In this document: positions 61,455-64,000 of the stretch, in pieces
How positions within the stretch are numbered: the stretch's first letter is position 1
How the letters are laid out: every line of letters begins with the position of its first letter
Assembly (NCBI GenBank): GCA_002707205.1
Contig: PAMH01000004.1
Span: 12,776 to 76,775 of the forward strand
Reading direction: 5' to 3'
Origin: Legionellales bacterium
Lineage (GTDB): Bacteria > Pseudomonadota > Gammaproteobacteria > UBA1113
DNA: 64,000 nt
Position numbers and translations under genes: made by a program
Notes under the pieces: generated by a model
Databases searched by the model: none
What the model was told of the DNA's origin: nothing
The model's input: only the letters and a program-made list of their open reading frames with translations

Positions 61455-61566
61455 GGGTAGCTCCACTAGCAACATCTTACGCCTGCATCTATTGCTGCCG
61501 CTGCTTCCTTCCGGACCTGACGGAATTCACGATATAGCATCGTAAGCGTACCAGTAGCGCTACCAA
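61455..61566 (-). ncRNA. ffs: Signal recognition particle RNA (4.5S RNA, ffs)
   Basis: Minus-strand sequence contains GTCAGGTCCGGAAGGAAGCAGC, the conserved domain IV motif of bacterial SRP RNA. 5' (ggtagcgctactggtacgcttacg) and 3' (cgtaagatgttgctagtggagctacc) ends pair into a long hairpin about 112 nt. Located upstream of dnaX as in many bacteria. Confidence 0.7.
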
Positions 61567-61699
61567 GCGAATAATATAGCATCTGTATCAATGATGCAAT
61601 AGTCTCGAGCAGATTAGCGTATTTTTACGTAAAAAAATAAATTTGCTAAACTGTCTTTAAGTGTTTTGAAAATAAGCAATTAAATAGCAGGTGTAAAAA

Positions 61700-62230
61700 A
61701 TGGTTAGAGTTATAGTTTTCATTTCAATGGTATTTTTCGTACTTACCTCAATCTATGCAACTGAACAAAGCTGTATGTCCGAGGCTCAACTGTCTAAATT
61801 TTTACAAGAGAGTATCAAACATAACTCGGTATTAAAGGATTTTCCTCTTTCCGTAAGTGTGGCTAATTATGATGTTGAAATAAAAGGTACGGTTGAAAGT
61901 AAAACAGATTTGGGTATTTTAATATTACTGGCCATGAAGCAAAACTGCGTTAAAGCAGTTAATATTACTAACGTTAAAGTAACTAATGCTAAGAAAGAAT
62001 CCTTGTCGGACGTGGTTGTTTCAGCCACTATCATGGGTAAACTCATGCAAAATAATTTTATGAGTAGCAATACTAAAACATGGACAATTGGTATTGATAC
62101 TAACAATGGTATCGTAAATTTAACCGGTAATGTCAAAACTCAGGCAAAGAAAGATAAAATTATCAAAATTATTAATTCTGTTGATGGTGTAAAAAGTATC
62201 AACGATACTTTGACAGTGAAAAGTACCTAA
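61700..62230 (+). CDS. BON-domain periplasmic protein (OsmY-like, two BON domains)
   Basis: 176 aa. Signal peptide. Two modules with V(E/K)..G.V......I......V.GV..I.N.L pattern. Confidence 0.6.
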   Translation: MVRVIVFISMVFFVLTSIYATEQSCMSEAQLSKFLQESIKHNSVLKDFPLSVSVANYDVEIKGTVESKTDLGILILLAMKQNCVKAVNITNVKVTNAKKESLSDVVVSATIMGKLMQNNFMSSNTKTWTIGIDTNNGIVNLTGNVKTQAKKDKIIKIINSVDGVKSINDTLTVKST

Positions 62231-62347
62231 ATCAGGGCATTGCGTTTATAATGCGTTAGCATTGCTTAAATCATTATTTAACATAAAGTTTTTCGTTGAT
62301 TCAAAGAGAGTATGAATTAATCACTGTAAACTTTAAATAGGTTAACT

Positions 62348-63802
62348 ATGAAGCGTAAAAAAATTTTTTTTCCTCCCAAAGGGGAGTCAGCACAACATGC
62401 GTATCATTCAATTTTAGAAAAGAAAATTAAAGAGATTAATTATCCTTTTAAAGAATTTATTAATCATCAAATATTAGGCAGTAGTTTATTAATCTTAGCA
62501 ACTATTATTGCCGTAACATGGGCTTCATTGCCTGAATTTTCCGCATCTTATTTAAATTTTGTTAAGGGCACATTTGGCATACATGTGTTTGAAATAGATT
62601 ATATAAAACCAATAACTTTCTGGGTAAATGATATATTTTTAACCGTATTTTTTTTCTTTATTGGTTTAGAGGTAAAAAAGGAATTTATTGGTGGGGAAAC
62701 AGCTAATTATAAAAAAGTTTTTTTAATTGGTTTCTCGGCTGTCGGCGGCGTTTTATTACCTTTAGCAATTTTTACAATATTGAATCTAGATTCAAATATG
62801 TTACAGGCATGGGGGATTGTTATACCTACAGATACGGCTTTTGCATTAGGTATTTTATGTTTATTTAAAAAGGTGCTTCCCAAACAAGCTTTTGTTTTTT
62901 TAGCATTATTAGCAGTGTTTGATGATCTTATTGCGATTATTGTTATTGCATTATTTTATTCTAACAGTGTAAATCTATTATGGCTACTACCGGCTATGGG
63001 GACACTAATAGTCTTATTATTTTTAAATTATATTGGTTATCGTAAGTTTTCCTTATATTTAATTTTAGGGGTATTGCTATGGGTTTTTGTTGAGCAAGCT
63101 AATATCCATGGTAGTATTGCCGGTATTCTTATGGCTTGTTTAATCCCTTCACGCCCTGAAGTCGGTCCTAATTTTTTTATATCAACAATGAAAAAAGTGA
63201 TTAAAAAGTTTGAAATACGTAAAGAGCAAATTCCTAAAATTATTGAAGATCCTTCACAGTTTGAAATTTTGATGACAGCAAAAAAAGCAGTGGATAAAAC
63301 AACCACACCTGTACAGAAGTGGTCTAGAAATTTAGACTTACCAGTCACGTTAGTTGTCTTACCTATTTTTGCATTGGTGAATTCAGGAGTAAATCTCAAG
63401 CAAGATTTATCAACTAATGTAATTTCTTCTACGTTATTTATTAGCATAATAGTAGCATTATCTATTGGAAAACCAGTTGGCATAACTTTATTTGGTTTTC
63501 TTGCACTAAAACTAAAATGGGGAGTGATGTTAAATAAAATGAATTTACGTCTTATCTTCTTTATTGGTATTTTTGCAGGAATTGGTTTTACTATGTCACT
63601 TTTTATTACATCTTTGAGCTTTACTCAACAGCTTAATAATTTAGCAATAGCAAAAACGGCTATTTTAACGAGTACTAGTTTATCTATTTTTGCAGGATTG
63701 TTATTTTTTATGATTGATAATTTTTGTAGAAAAACTATTAAGACCTTTGAGAATAATAAATTAAAGAAACATACTGTTACCACGGAGTTACAAAATAACT
63801 AA
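62348..63802 (+). CDS. nhaA: Na+/H+ antiporter NhaA with N- and C-terminal extensions
   Basis: WVNDIFLTVFFFFIGLEVKKEF matches NhaA [22 protein letters not shown]. 484 aa versus about 390 in E. coli. Confidence 0.8.
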   Translation: MKRKKIFFPPKGESAQHAYHSILEKKIKEINYPFKEFINHQILGSSLLILATIIAVTWASLPEFSASYLNFVKGTFGIHVFEIDYIKPITFWVNDIFLTVFFFFIGLEVKKEFIGGETANYKKVFLIGFSAVGGVLLPLAIFTILNLDSNMLQAWGIVIPTDTAFALGILCLFKKVLPKQAFVFLALLAVFDDLIAIIVIALFYSNSVNLLWLLPAMGTLIVLLFLNYIGYRKFSLYLILGVLLWVFVEQANIHGSIAGILMACLIPSRPEVGPNFFISTMKKVIKKFEIRKEQIPKIIEDPSQFEILMTAKKAVDKTTTPVQKWSRNLDLPVTLVVLPIFALVNSGVNLKQDLSTNVISSTLFISIIVALSIGKPVGITLFGFLALKLKWGVMLNKMNLRLIFFIGIFAGIGFTMSLFITSLSFTQQLNNLAIAKTAILTSTSLSIFAGLLFFMIDNFCRKTIKTFENNKLKKHTVTTELQNN

Positions 63803-63873
63803 GTTAAAATATTTTTTTTATTAATTTTTTTGCTACACTCAATACTGTAACAGTAAATATGAGAGGAAATAAC

Positions 63874-64000
63874 ATGAAAAATTTAACTGGAAAAATAATG
63901 TTAGCAATACCCTTAACATTAGGTGTGTGTAGTATACCTGCAACATATGCTGATAGTAATGTCGCTAAGGTTCAACAAAATGTATCTGATACAGCAATTA
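63874..64000 (+). CDS. Secreted protein, 3'-truncated by window edge (possibly OsmY/BON-like)
   Basis: gagagg RBS, ATG 63874. Signal peptide MKNLTGKIMLAIPLTLGVCSIPATYA. NVSDTAI resembles the OsmY N-terminal DDSAITAKV. Confidence 0.35.
   Translation, partial: MKNLTGKIMLAIPLTLGVCSIPATYADSNVAKVQQNVSDTAI

Overview
This 64-kb window is an AT-rich (~36% GC) chromosomal region of a gammaproteobacterium whose gene order and content most resemble Legionellales-type intracellular bacteria. The dcw cell-division cluster is present but split. mraZ-rsmH-ftsL-ftsI-murE-murF-mraY-murD-ftsW lies at 1-9741. murG-murC-murB-[ddl missing]-ftsQ-ftsA-ftsZ-lpxC lies at 48188-58142. About 38 kb of mostly core genes sit between the two halves: relA-rlmD, adk-trx-hemH, glpK, gltA<->sdhCDAB-sucAB-sucCD, katA, dsbG, ugpQ-glpD, ppiB, a tetR-MFS-flavoprotein unit, epmC and ychJ. 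The 3' flank carries lpxC, recR-ybaB-dnaX with an SRP RNA upstream of dnaX, a BON protein and nhaA. Embedded in this housekeeping backbone are several genes with eukaryote-like or host-interaction hallmarks. A SET-domain lysine methyltransferase candidate occupies the slot where ddl normally sits (murB/ftsQ junction). A 2.3-kb islet between sucD and katA encodes a Lar-like zinc ribbon, a small membrane protein, a candidate papain-fold peptidase and a protein with a textbook bipartite nuclear localisation signal. There is also a lysine/alanine-rich histone H1-like protein built from about 14 tandem 39-nt repeats, and a small protein with an Inc-like bilobed hydrophobic domain. Taken together these look like a dispersed set of putative nucleomodulin/effector genes. 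The most interesting is the SET gene inside the dcw cluster, which has its own palindromic operator-like sites. Two otherwise intact genes (TPR-GT9 glycosyltransferase, GNAT acetyltransferase) carry single in-frame stop codons, suggesting ongoing pseudogenisation. A thioredoxin-fold membrane protein has lost both CXXC cysteines. Several convincing rho-independent terminators were found, and an SRP (4.5S) RNA gene that the ORF track does not show.
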